Assembly (NCBI RefSeq): GCF_033153115.1
Contig: NW_026889796.1
Location: 11,842,001 to 11,906,000 of the forward strand
Source: Saccostrea echinata
Taxonomy: Eukaryota
Reading direction: 5' to 3'
Length of the DNA: 64,000 nucleotides
The translations under genes and the position numbers were made by a program. Every line of letters begins with the position of its first letter. The first letter of the stretch is position 1. Of the stretch, positions 52,379 to 64,000 are shown piece after piece. The notes beneath the pieces were generated by a model that searched no databases, was not told the DNA's origin, and was given only the letters and a program-made list of their open reading frames with translations.

Positions 52379-55300
52379 GAGATGCTGCTCGAATTCTTAT
52401 TGACAATATCTATGTAGTAATTGAAGACCAGGTTCTCCGTCGATCTGTTAAAATTCCGATGCACACTAGTTGTCATCCTTTATTGGACGATATGATTTTA
52501 TATTCTTCTGAAGAAGAATGTTTTTGAAAAACCTAAATGAGAATAAGAAAATTCTTGTGGTCTACAATTAGACCTTAGATTCATTGACTGTGTCTTATGA
52601 ATTAACAATAGTAATTTTCATTTATAGGTCGACTCGTTATAACCTATTGAACTCAAAAATAAACGACACAATACGTTCTGTCACATTTGCTTCATTCTTG
52701 GATATTTTATTGTCAATAGACGTGAACAGCAGTCTAACAAATAAATGATAAGACAGATGGAACGGCTTCCACTTTTCTGTCGTCAACGTTACATAATCTG
52801 ATTTTTATACTACTATATTTAATTTAAAAAAAAAAACTCTTTCCTGTCCTCTTTCCCGCTTTCTAAAGGAATATTTTTTGAGTTTCTTCAAACTTTAGAA
52901 AATTTGTACAAAAGGTAAATAATTTACCAAGAATTCAAACATAAAATATGATCAATTGGCAATCAAATAAGGCCCCAGGAATAAAAAGAATATTCCTGCT
53001 TTGTACTTTTGTTAACTTACTCTGACATTGAAACCTTGTGATATATTACCTCTCAAATGCAAAACAAAGACGGAATGTCAATACTCACAGTGAGGTGTTC
53101 TGAGATATCGGAAGCCAGCTGTCTGGAGTTTTTTCTCTATTAAGAACATTTATTAAATGAGAAAACCACATGAAAGGGAGAATGGCTACTAGCACAAGGA
53201 CAAGAAAGCACTAATCATGACCATGTTTACAAAGGTTGGGTTTATTTACTTGGTGATTTCTAAATATCAAACAATAAGGTTTGAAACAATCAGGATCAGA
53301 AAAAGGCTGGAAGGGATACTGTAATTAACAATGTTAGAAAATTTGTTAACATACTTAAATAAAAAAAACAAAGACTGAAATCCGACGGAGGGATGCATTC
53401 TGTGTATTCTTGTTTGTAATGTTTTAGTGATTATCTACATAAACCTTAGCAATCAAATATCTTTATTACCTTAATACATGCGAAACATCCACAATAATGC
53501 CATAAATTCTGAATGAATTGGAAAAGATTACGCTCCTCTAATAAAGGCAATAAGCAGTTTTTTCCACTTATGTCAATGAAAGACATTTCATTTCTGAAAG
53601 AGGATAGGTATTAACTTAATATCCAATTTTTAAAAGACGTATTTTTTGTAACAATACATACTAGATATGCGATTTGGCTTTCTGTGGAGAAAGTATTTTA
53701 GACATAAGAAAAAAATTCTGTTCAACAAATGACAAGAACATTTTGATTTTAGTCATGCAACTTATTCGGTTGAAAGATACGACATGCATATGCAATATGG
53801 CGCCTTTAAATAGGAATTGAATGCTACCCAAATATTACATGTAACAAAGATTGAATTAAAATTGTTTGATATACATGCTTGTATAATATTCTGTACAATC
53901 TTATCTTATCGAAATGATTAAAGCAATGAGAGTAGCCATGGTTATATTCCAAAAAATGAACATTAAGTCACATGGTAAATCATTTTCAAAATATTATACA
54001 ATTAAAAGTGTTAATAAATTAACACACCAGTTTCATATAAAAAATTGCAACAATACATTGAAGAAATAAACTGTTACATTACCATTTAGTGTCGGATACT
54101 AACTAAATGTAAAATCATAGTCATTTTACACGGATAAAATCATGGATAATACGGATACGTCCATAATGGATATAGAAGATGGATATAAAGGATGAGTAAA
54201 TAAAATTTACTAGAAAATATGGAGGGTTATGTTTAAACTTCATGAAGTATTTGATGGTACTTAGAAAGAGAATAAACCTAAACATTATGCATGCCCGAAA
54301 CATTGAAACCTTGTCTTTATATTCCAGTAGCTGAAGGTAAATGTGAAACCGCTGATTAGATAAATGAATAAATTTTATTTATTTTATTTTTTTTAAAAGA
54401 GGTTAAAAGAAATTTATTTTCTTACTTGTTGATGAACGAATTGTACCATGATTGTATCAAGAATAAAAAAAAAAACACAAAAATATAAAGAGTTATATGT
54501 AATGTTTAATGTGTAAAAATAATGTGCATACTCGATCTGTATGAGATAAATGATTTTGATACTCATCAGATGTAATTGTTTGCTCTCCTATCAATAATCA
54601 GAGGTAATAAAGAAGAAAATAATGGGAGAAATAAGATGTTCATTTTAAGAATAATATTTCTTTTGGATTTTGCTTGGGTATCTCACACTCTCAAAATAGT
54701 AAATAATGTTTCTTGAGTTTTAGCTTCAATAATAACAATATGTGGTATATCTTCAATAATGCCTTAAATTGCTTATACTTAAAATACCTCCCAGATTCTC
54801 AGAAGATGTCACGTTGTGTATTTCTTTCTGAATTGCATCTGTCGAGATCGAAGATATTCATTTCAAAAATGCTGATTGTTTCCTGTACGTACGTATGTTC
54901 TTAGTAGTGAACTGCCCCTGAAAGAAATATGTTTAGATTCACAAATTGAAATCATCATTTCTTGAAACACTTTGAAATGTATGATATCTTATGATCTATT
55001 ACTTATTTTTAGAAAGCTGGGGATCCTAAATTCTTGTTGAGACACTCTTACATTTTACCTACCACAAGCAAGCATGCATTTTATTTCAAATCCTCACAAG
55101 ATGATGTGACGAAATAATGTCATTTTCTACACTTTTAGTATCAATTATAGCTAAATTTATATAGTTTGATCTGCATAAAATAGATAATACAAAATCAACG
55201 AAATGATAGATTAGTAGAAAATATAGTATATTGTGAATACAGTCTAATCAACAGGGAAATAAATTGTGTATTTTAAAACTTAGCAACTTCTTTCTATACA

Positions 55301-55630
55301 CAATTTATTATCACTGATGCCTGTAACAAGGAAAAGAATGAATATGGCTATCAGTTATCATTTTGATGGTGCAACTGACAGTGGTGATAACAAGTCGTCC
55401 CCAACAGGATGTGGGTATGTAGTGTGTTTGTTTGATTCTCAAGTGTAGACATATCTTCAATGCATCGATACATGGCAAACAATATATATACACCAAAATA
55501 AATATTCCAATATTATATTTGTATGCAAATTGACATGAGTAAAAAAAAATGCAGTTGGCGGAAGGTGAGGTCCAAAAAGGCTCTAAAATATTTGTTGTAA
55601 AAGGGAGATGAGATAGTTTTAAAGAAAATA

Positions 55631-56335
55631 TGTAAGACTCTAAAGTCCGACGGTCTCGCCAAACTCCGATGGTCTGTGCCAAACCCCGATGGTTTGTTGT
55701 TGGAACGGACGCCAAAGTCCGATGGCCACGCCAAAGTCCGATGGATCGTTTCCTATGAGACGCGCTGCACTAAAGTGCGATGGTCTGACACGCCAAGGTC
55801 AGATGGTACGGAGAAACAATCAACGTTTATGACGTCACAATAATCCGACGCCAATCCTTGACGCCGGTGTCCAGCATTCAAACGTCATTATTTCTGAATT
55901 CGTCCTATTATTTTATTGATTTTGCTTATTGCTTGCACCTTTCAGAGATATTAAGATTAGTCCTCACACACCACTTGACTGATTAGGGTTAGTTCTTGCT
56001 TCGCACCAACCCGAGAGATTTAGGGTTTAGTCGAGTGATTAGGGTTAGTCTTGCACCCACCAAAATTATCAAGGTTATCGTTGTTATACACTTTTCGAGC
56101 GATTAGAGTTAGTTTTGCACCTATCCAAGAGATTAGGGTTAGTATTTCGCATAATGATATTTATTTATACTTATTTAAGACCTTGGCATGGCGCGGCATC
56201 GCAGTTTGGCGCAGTAGTACAATGACGTCATAAACGTTAATTGTTTTCCGAACCATCTGACTTTGGCGTGTCAAATCATCGGGTTTGGCGCATACCATCG
56301 GACTTTGGAGTCCCATCGCGTTTTGAAGTCCTACA
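55631..56335. mobile_element. MITE with TGT...ACA termini and 4-bp target-site duplication (Ginger-like)
   Basis: AATA|TGTAAGACTCTAAAG ... TTTTGAAGTCCTACA|AATA. Long inverted subterminal arrays of GCCAAAGTCCGATGG and internal TTAGGGTTAG motifs. Confidence 0.7.
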
Positions 56336-57769
56336 AATATCCTCAGCCTCTTCTTACAAATTTCTGTATATTTCTCTCCAGAAATTTTGCATGTGTTGCT
56401 AACTTTTAACCAATCAGATTGTAGCAATTGCACTGAGACACTCAGTAGAGAAAATAAGCAGTGGCAATTTTAGGGGTATACAGTACAACAAAATGTAAAA
56501 TACGATGTAAACAAATATTATGCACTACATGCTAATCATTAACGCAACGATTTATATATTTTAACTCTTAACAGCCTCTTTTTATGCATGTAGATTTTCG
56601 TCATTGTTGCCTGCAAGAAAGATTAGAATGACTATATTTTGTTATTTTGATGGCACAACCGGCCGTGGTGATAATTAGTGACTTCTACAGAGCCGCCCCT
56701 GCAGTTTATGCGAGGACAGTAAGTGGGTATGTTGTGTGATTTCTTTATTCCTAAGTGCACAAAAGTCGCCAATATCTCGATACATGGCAAACAGTATCTA
56801 CACAAAGAATAGAATATGCTTTATGATGACCTGCAAATGTGTGGGCTATACGTAATGTGGTCAATTCTTAAGTATACAAGTCAACAAACCATCGAACAGT
56901 AGTGAGGATATGGGTCATTATACTTATGTCTTTTGTAATGTTCAATTATACGACATCTAGTGCACTCTTCCAGATGACATTCGGTGCGATGATCATACCG
57001 TTACTGAATTCATAAAGCAACCGCTACCAAAAGGCGTGCAACAAATTTTGAAATTACCAGTGCACGAACTCCAGAACGTTGTCATTTCTTTACAATTTCT
57101 TTACAATCTTTACAATTCTGACGGTAATAAGGTTACAAATTAATTCAAAAATCGGTTTTGTCATTGATTGAATAAGTGTTTTGGGATAGTGGCGTAAGTG
57201 GATAGACTGTGGAGTCTGACTTGATCAAAATGCTTGCTGCTTCTTTGTCAGTATAGTTTCCGGGTGTTGAATGAATGTTCAAGCGTCAATATTGCTTTGG
57301 CAGCAAGAAAGTCTTCTGTCAAATAATATATTCCTCACCCATAACACAACATGTATTACCGTTGTGCAATCCCTGTAACTCCTTCATACAAAAAACTGTA
57401 GAGTCTGTCTTGATCCTTTTGCTTGCCGTTGTTCAGTCAGTATAGATCCCAGGGATTGAATGGCTTCGCAGTATCAATATTTTCTGTTGTTTGATTAATT
57501 ATTATGTGCTGCACTTGTTGAATAGCATTGCTCTTTTCAGAGTCGATATCTATGCTTGAAATAGTATACATACTATATTTGATCTTTTATGTAGAGAATA
57601 GTTTCAGTTTTCTTGTCAAACATATCTAATTCTATCAAAAATATTCTTCATGAGTTTTAGAATTACTAATCAAGTAATATTTAAAGTCGATTAAATTAGA
57701 CATGTACCTAGTTTAAAAAAAGATATAACATCGAACGTACATGATTTCAATAATGTAAATACTCGATAC

Positions 57770-59042
57770 TGTAAGCTCCCCACGGATGGCCATAGTGGAA
57801 TGGGGGGCGGGGGGGGGGGGGGCATACAGTGTACTTGTACAACATTTCTCAAGGTCACTCCTATATTCTTGGTTCATGAGTAAGGACAAAGCTTAAAATC
57901 AGTTCAAATATTGGTTTATTAATTCATCTTACAACAGGAAATGATAGTATGGTAAACAAAAGTCTATATTGGATACATATAGATATATCAAGTAATATTT
58001 GTTATGGTCTGCTGCGTCAACCGTACTTTCAAGGGTAAAAGGGGTAGCAAAGTTGATTAGGAATTTGAAAGCTCAAAATATCAAATATCAGGTGTCCAGT
58101 GTGTTGGGAGATAATTGGCAGTTTTTCCTCACCTAGAATTTAGAATTTGGATGCTGCTGCTGCAACTTATCTGCCATAAACTGGCGAGGCGCTTATATTT
58201 ATTAGTTTCTGAAATAGTCAATTGACACAAATTAACGAATGAAAAAGCTGTACGGTGACGCTCGACCAATCACAGCATTGTACGGCGCCGTACAAACAGA
58301 GATCTGTCAAACAGTGCCAAACAACGTCAAACAAGGCTGCCGTACAATGTGGATTACAGCTACAAAACGGAATTAATATTTACATTTGCAATAATAAATA
58401 ATATGATATGGATCTGGAGGATGTTTTCATCAACTGTAAGTAAGCATTTCATATGAATTAAACGTATATTTCATGATAGAAAACTGCAATCGTACAGCAG
58501 ACGATATTCAAATAGCTCTGACATAATAAAAATGTGTAACTACTATTAAATCTTGTTTAAAGTAAAACCGCTGATAAATCTTAGTAAAAAATCTTGAAAC
58601 ATCAATTTTATGGATATTCACAAACAATTATAACATCGAATTGCATGAAAAAGTACAACTTGTTCAAATACGAAACTATGGCTAACTCAAATAAGATATC
58701 GGCGGGATGTAAACAACTTCCATGACTCCTGCAATCGTGTGCACTTATGGCAATGTTAGGCACGTATTTGATTCAAATATAATTTGAAAAATACAGTAAA
58801 ATGGAAAGATTTTAAAGGTATGTACTTCAATTCATAGGATGGGGGATTTCCTGTATAAATGAATGCAACAAATATGTCAAATGTGCTATAAATAGACGAT
58901 ACCACGTTCTGTTATTATTCAGATAGCAGTGTAGTTTATTCGTAATGAAGTCCACCCTGATAATAATCCCAATAAATGATAACACATTTAAATCATATAA
59001 AAAAATAAACTAATTATTAAATTCTACTCCATGGCCATTACA
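57770..59042 (-). repeat. 3' LTR of the Gypsy element (about 1.27 kb)
   Basis: TGTAA...TTACA termini, immediately preceded on the minus strand by the purine tract GGATGAGGGAAG; AATAAA near 57915. The second LTR is outside the window, so the left boundary is inferred. Confidence 0.7.
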
Positions 59043-59054
59043 CTTCCCTCATCC
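59043..59054 (-). other. Polypurine tract
   Basis: GGATGAGGGAAG abutting the TG of the LTR. Confidence 0.7.
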
Positions 59055-59522
59055 AAAACTCTTAATTCTCCTGAATTAAGAACAAAATATTTCTGCATAA
59101 AAAATATAAATTTAAGGCAATATTTTGCACAAGATAATGATCACACAATTAAGTTTGCAAGATTAATTATTAATAAATGTTTCTTTTTATTTGTGTCACT
59201 TAATCTAAGTGGAATTCCAGCTTGGTCGATAATACGAATGAAATCATCCCACCGCCTCCTCCGCCGACTGCTGCCAGACTCTAGAAACTTCACCACCTCC
59301 TCATCCTCCTCCCCTGTTGAATGCCCTGTAGTTATGTTCCGCAGGTGTGCTTGTATAGGTAAACTCTGCTTTTGAAATGTGGGGCACTCAACTTCTTGGG
59401 AGACAAAGTGGGAGTTCCAGGCAAGGCCATGAAATTGAACTCGTCTAAAAGGCTGGGGCGCTCAATATCACATCCACCCGGCTGGCTTCTTCGTAGCGAT
59501 AGGGCTGCAAACTCTAACTCCA

Positions 59523-60914
59523 TCAGCTTTTTGTCAGGGGACATGGACTTAAATCCCTTAGCTTGGGAGGCCATGGCATGGAGACACTTCCAGATGCTAA
59601 CACAACTGCTTCCTCCCTATCCCATTGCCTCCTGGCTGGTGGAAGAAGTGGCATACAGCCCCTGGCCAGGAGGGACCGGGCTCTAGTGGCTAGTGGGCCA
59701 AGAGTTGGTACAGAAGACAGGGAAGAAGGTTGATAGTCCATGAAAACTGCCAGAACTGGTAGCGGTCCTGATGGAGTAGTTGGAGTGGCTAAAGGGATGG
59801 AATCCAGTGGGGTGGTGGGAGCTGTGGCAAGGATGGGGGTCAAAGGAGTGGCAGAAGCAGATAAAGTCTGGGCCACTGATGTGACTTGAATACTGTCTAA
59901 TGGAGGGAGGACTGTGGTTACAGGTGGAGGTAGAGGAAGATTCACAGGTAACCTGGGGATATAGGCCTCAACCAACTTCAGCTTCTTCTTGGCCGGCTCT
60001 GGATCGATGGTCACATGGGGTGGTGTCCTCTCTACAACCTTGCGGCCAGTGGAAGGGGAAGGTGAAGATTCCAGGTTGGACTCCGCAAAAAACTCTATCT
60101 CCGTTTCCTCAGGCAATTTCGACTTAACAGCCCTCCACACAGCTTTCAAATAGTCTGGCTCAATGCCAAGGGAGGTGGCAAAGTGAGGAGCCTGTCGCCT
60201 CCACGGTTCCTCTTCCAGCTGGGAGAACTGGGCCTCCTGAAGGTCTGGATGTCGTTTCTGGACGGCCATCTTCCTGGTTAAACTAGCTACACTCTTTGGA
60301 TCAAAGAGGACCATGTCATCTAGCCCGACTTTGAAGAAGACATCAGCATCTTCGAGCACTGCCTGGATCTCTCCCGGTATTAAGTTGATGGTCAATGGAG
60401 TGAAGATGCCAGGGGAAGAAGGGCTGTACACTGCATGCTGGTCAACTGATGGGCCGGAAGGAGCTCTAAAATCTGTAGCTGCACTTTCCCACCCCTCCAG
60501 CCATGCACTCCTGGTCTTCCGAACCTTTGGCCCCGCAGAGGAAGCTAAAATTTTCCTGGTCCACTCTAGCAACAAGGAACGCAACCGAGAGGAGGCCCTG
60601 GTGTTGCGGTCAGTTGGTTCCACAAGAAACCGATAGTGCTCTGGATGGTAAGAAAGCCAGAAGCAGTTATTCTCTGACAGGAGCTCATCAGCTGGTACGT
60701 TGGTAGAAGCTACGGCATCCTTATGTCTTTTCAAAATATGGATTTTAAGGTCAGGCGCTCTGTTGAAGGTAACCTCCTTGTCAGTGCAAAAGGGGCAGAC
60801 AACTCGTAAGGCATGGTGGGGGGCTGGGGCCAAATGTTCCTTTAACTTCCTCCTACTGTTGAACTTAAGTCCACATGGCTTGCCATCCACCTCAAGGACA
60901 CATATGAAGGACAT
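59523..60914 (-). CDS. Accessory ORF of the Gypsy element: C2H2 zinc-finger protein (extends to about 59141 if two frameshifts are corrected)
   Basis: 463-aa GC-rich ORF with N-terminal C-x8-C...H...H and CPFC...H-x4-H fingers and a Pro/Thr-rich linker. Coding-like sequence continues in the 59574-59332 frame and beyond. Confidence 0.75.
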   Translation of the reverse strand: MSFICVLEVDGKPCGLKFNSRRKLKEHLAPAPHHALRVVCPFCTDKEVTFNRAPDLKIHILKRHKDAVASTNVPADELLSENNCFWLSYHPEHYRFLVEPTDRNTRASSRLRSLLLEWTRKILASSAGPKVRKTRSAWLEGWESAATDFRAPSGPSVDQHAVYSPSSPGIFTPLTINLIPGEIQAVLEDADVFFKVGLDDMVLFDPKSVASLTRKMAVQKRHPDLQEAQFSQLEEEPWRRQAPHFATSLGIEPDYLKAVWRAVKSKLPEETEIEFFAESNLESSPSPSTGRKVVERTPPHVTIDPEPAKKKLKLVEAYIPRLPVNLPLPPPVTTVLPPLDSIQVTSVAQTLSASATPLTPILATAPTTPLDSIPLATPTTPSGPLPVLAVFMDYQPSSLSSVPTLGPLATRARSLLARGCMPLLPPARRQWDREEAVVLASGSVSMPWPPKLRDLSPCPLTKS

Positions 60915-61289
60915 TCCGCAAGGCCAATATACATTTCATAGGAAAGGACTCACAGGGTAAGGTAAATACTTTGTTTCAACTCAATGTAAATTTTTGCATC
61001 TAACTTGTATTTTTATAGTGAGAACAATTAGTAAAATTAGATTGGTCTAATAGTTTTATCTTGGCTTTCTTAGGCTCATCAAGGAATTTGGCCGGGGTAC
61101 AAGGGACTGGGGATTGCAGAGGTAATTGTGATTGATGAGTGGAGGATCTAGGATTCTATCAAGGGAAAGATTGGATGCCACCAAAGCTAAGTAAATAACA
61201 AGAACAACTATAGCAATTCACTAAAATTTAATTCCAAATATTCAGATGCAGGTGAAACTTAAACCAACAACACTGGTTACACCCATGAG

Positions 61290-61460
61290 ATGCACTGGCC
61301 AGCTACATCTCGGTATCAACCTCTGGTGAGGGCCATAGATTGCACGCATCCGTCACCTCTCTACATCAGAGACGTGGGTCATAGATGGTGCACCATCCGT
61401 CCCCTCCCATCACCCATGATGTGGGCCATAGACCGCACACATCCGTCACCTCCCTTCACC
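61290..61460. repeat. Short tandem repeats between pol and the accessory ORF
   Basis: Three copies of GGG(C/T)CATAGA...GCAC...ATCCGTC. Confidence 0.7.
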
Positions 61461-61560
61461 AGCACCAAACCATGCAAGTAAAAAAAAAAATAAAAAAAAA
61501 AATCCCTGCATCTAGTTTCAATCATAGGTATGTATCTTTTTCCAAAATCTGGGGATTTTT

Positions 61561-64000
61561 TTAGTGTTCAGTTCTCCTCTGCTGATACCATTTCGGTGGA
61601 TTCCTACCCTTGTAAGGAAGCAATCTGTCTGTATGATAAACTTTTGCTGGCTGTTTTTCTGACCTCTTGACCAGGCAGGTGACATCATCAATTTTCTTTG
61701 TAATAACATAGAGTCCTTTCCATTTACAGATTAGTTTGCTGCAGACGCCAACTTTCTTCGAGGAATCGTACAACCACACTGACTGACCCTCCTGAAATTT
61801 TCTGACCTCGGCTTTTGAATCATAATACTTTTTCTGGTAAACTGAATTTTGTCTTAAATACTTTCTAGCTATTTCATGCACCCTAACTAAATTTTCTTGT
61901 AATTTTAATACATATGCATCTGTGTCTGGAGTGTCACTGTCATCTGTTTCCTTGGGTCTTGGAATAACAGCTTCCAAGGGCATGACTATGTTTCTCCCAA
62001 ATACCATTTTGTTAGGGGAAACGCCAATACTAGAGTGGACAGCAGCTCTGTAGGCCATCATAACCTGTGGTAAAACCTCATTCCAGTGCCTTTGGTCTTT
62101 CAGGCGGTACATAGTTAACATGTTTATGAGAGTTCTATTGAACCGTTCAACTGTACCATTGGCTTGAGGTCGTTGACTTGTAGTGCGGGTTTTCTGTATT
62201 CTAAACATGGTAAGCATATCTTTGAATAATTTTGCTTCAAATGAGCGACCTTGGTCTGAGTGAAGTTGAAGAGGAGTTCCATATCTACATATAAATTCAT
62301 TTACTAGAACTTTGGTTATGGTCTGAGACTCCTGATCAGGTATGGCAAATGCTTCTGTCCATTTGCTGAAGCAGTCACATATAACAAGTATATATCTGTT
62401 TCCTTTTTCAGTAACAGCCCAAAATGTCCACAGACACACGCTCCATGGGCTCGCCAACCAAATACTGGTGTAAGAGGGCTCGATTAGATGTTTTCGAAGG
62501 TTTCTTTGCTGCACAGAGGTCACATTGTGAGCAATATCTTTCTACATCTTCCTTCATTTTGGGCCAATACGTAAGGTTTTTTATTTTATCCAAGGTCTTC
62601 TCTGCCCCTAAATGGCCTCCTGTAGGAATGTCATGAAAGTGCTTTAGTACCTGATTTTGTAGTGAAGTAGGGACTATTAACTGGAGGTGACCTAAATCAT
62701 GATTGTCAGTGAGGAATCTGCGATAAAGCAAGCCATTCTCTACTGCTAGTCTATCCCATAACCTCCATATAGTTTTTAATTTTCCAGAACCAGGGGAGAC
62801 TTTATTCCAAGCAGGCCGGGAATCATGGGACTCTTTGGCTACCAGAATAGAAGAAATATCATTATCATCTAGTTGAGCTTGCCTGATAGAATCTACTTGC
62901 CAACCATCAAGAACTATGCCACTTTCTGGGGGTAATGGTATTCTTTAATGCTTCACTTCTAGTGACAGCACATATTTGTATATCTGGAGTGAAATGACTG
63001 GCCTCGTCATCACTGTCGATCTGAGAATTTCTCAGCTCCTGGCGTTCACATGAACGACAAGGCCTACGGGACAAAGCGTCTGCATTGGAGTGTTTTCTCC
63101 CAGCTCTATGTGTGATGGTGAGGTCATATGTTTCAATCTCCTGAAGCCATCTAGCTGTTTGCCCAGTAGGATTTTTAAGATTTTTCATCCAGGTTATTGC
63201 AGCATTGTCTGTACGTAGAAGTACCTTTTGGCCATATAAATAGGAATGAAATGCTTTAAGGGACATGACGACTGCCAGTAATTCTTTTCTGGTAACACAG
63301 TATTGTTGCTCATGTTTATTCATTGCCTTACTCATGTATGCTATAACTTTTTCAGAGCCGTCTTGGACTTGGGAAAGAACGTACACTTCCTACTGATTTG
63401 TCACTGGCATCAGTATCCAATATAAAACCTAGTTCTGGTAAAGCGTAGGCAAGAATTGGAGTATATGTTAATCTTTGTTTAAGTAGTTCAAATGAAGTTT
63501 GGCATTCTGCTGACCATAGGAACTTGGCATTCTTTTCACATAAGGCATGAAGGGGGCGAGCTACCTGGGCAAATCCCTGGACAAATCTCCTGTAATATAA
63601 GCATAGCCCCAAGAAACTTCTCATTTCTTTTGCAGATTTTGGAATTGGTCAATCTACAACTGCCTGGATTTTATCGGGATCTGTTGATATGCCAGACTCT
63701 GACACTAAATGACCTAGAAACTTTATTTCTTTTTGAAAGAAGGTACATTTTGAAGGTTTAAGTTTGAGATTTGCTGACAAAAGACGTAGAAATATGTGCT
63801 CAAGCCTATCAAGATTTTCAGAAAAAAATTGACTTGGGACTATGATGTCATCCATGTAAACGAGACACTCCTGCCACTGTAGTCCCCTCAATACATTTTC
63901 CATAAGACGTTCAAAGGTAGATGGGGAGTTGGCTAAGCCGAAAGGTGAACTGGTATAGACCAAGGCTAGTATTAAATGCTGTTTTCTCTTTGTCGTCAGG
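61561..64000 (-). pseudogene. pol: Gypsy pol (RT, RNase H, integrase) with several frameshifts
   Basis: PFGLANSPSTF, VYMDD, FILDTDASD, LRTDNAA, HSNADALSR, HHCC zinc finger (HDIPTGGHLG...CSQCDLC), LHSDQGRSFE, PQANGTVERFNRTL. Confidence 0.92.

Larger units (their letters stand above)
50950..52795 (+). mobile_element. Degraded Penelope-like RT fragment, split by a Helentron-type insertion
   Basis: IDNCFFNKN...KVDI lies before 51172. After 52379 come MLLEFL-IDNIYV and motifs equivalent to IPMGTNCAPLLAD and FLDILLSIDVN. Confidence 0.6.
57770..64000 (-). mobile_element. Gypsy (Metaviridae) LTR retrotransposon, 3' part, defective
   Basis: RT-RNaseH-integrase order, polypurine tract and 3' LTR. The element continues beyond the window. 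Confidence 0.92.

Noticed and set aside
56900-57540. Cys-rich minus-strand fragments and a diverged duplication of about 85 bp (57205/57395)
   Set aside because: Could be a TNFR-like relic, but there are too many stops and no consistent frame.
59031-60960. Plus-strand ORFs
   Set aside because: Antisense shadows of the GC-rich accessory ORF.

Overview
AT-rich, repeat-dense eukaryotic DNA. The mix of Helentron-associated tandem-repeat elements, Deu/Nin-type tRNA-SINEs and Penelope-like remnants points to a bivalve, probably an oyster (inference). (1) The minus strand at 1-21.6 kb carries a cluster of small EGF-like (MEGF10/SCARF/CED-1-like) genes that the ORF track largely misses because they are spliced. 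It has five copies of a 3-exon cassette (signal peptide, CC-containing exon, EGF-like exon). Three are intact (A, B, E) and two are pseudogenes (C, D). Only one intact transmembrane exon (985-1096) was found. (2) An intronless melatonin-receptor-like GPCR lies at 41138-42103. (3) A 5.6-kb non-coding element at 43.5-49.1 kb has split direct repeats of Ngaro/DIRS-like layout. (4) The window ends in the 3' part of a Gypsy LTR retrotransposon (57770-64000), which has a C2H2 zinc-finger accessory ORF between pol and the PPT/LTR. (5) Many nested non-autonomous transposons are present, including a Spy-like element with no target-site duplication. There is one assembly gap (7833-7988). All calls were made by eye, without database searches.
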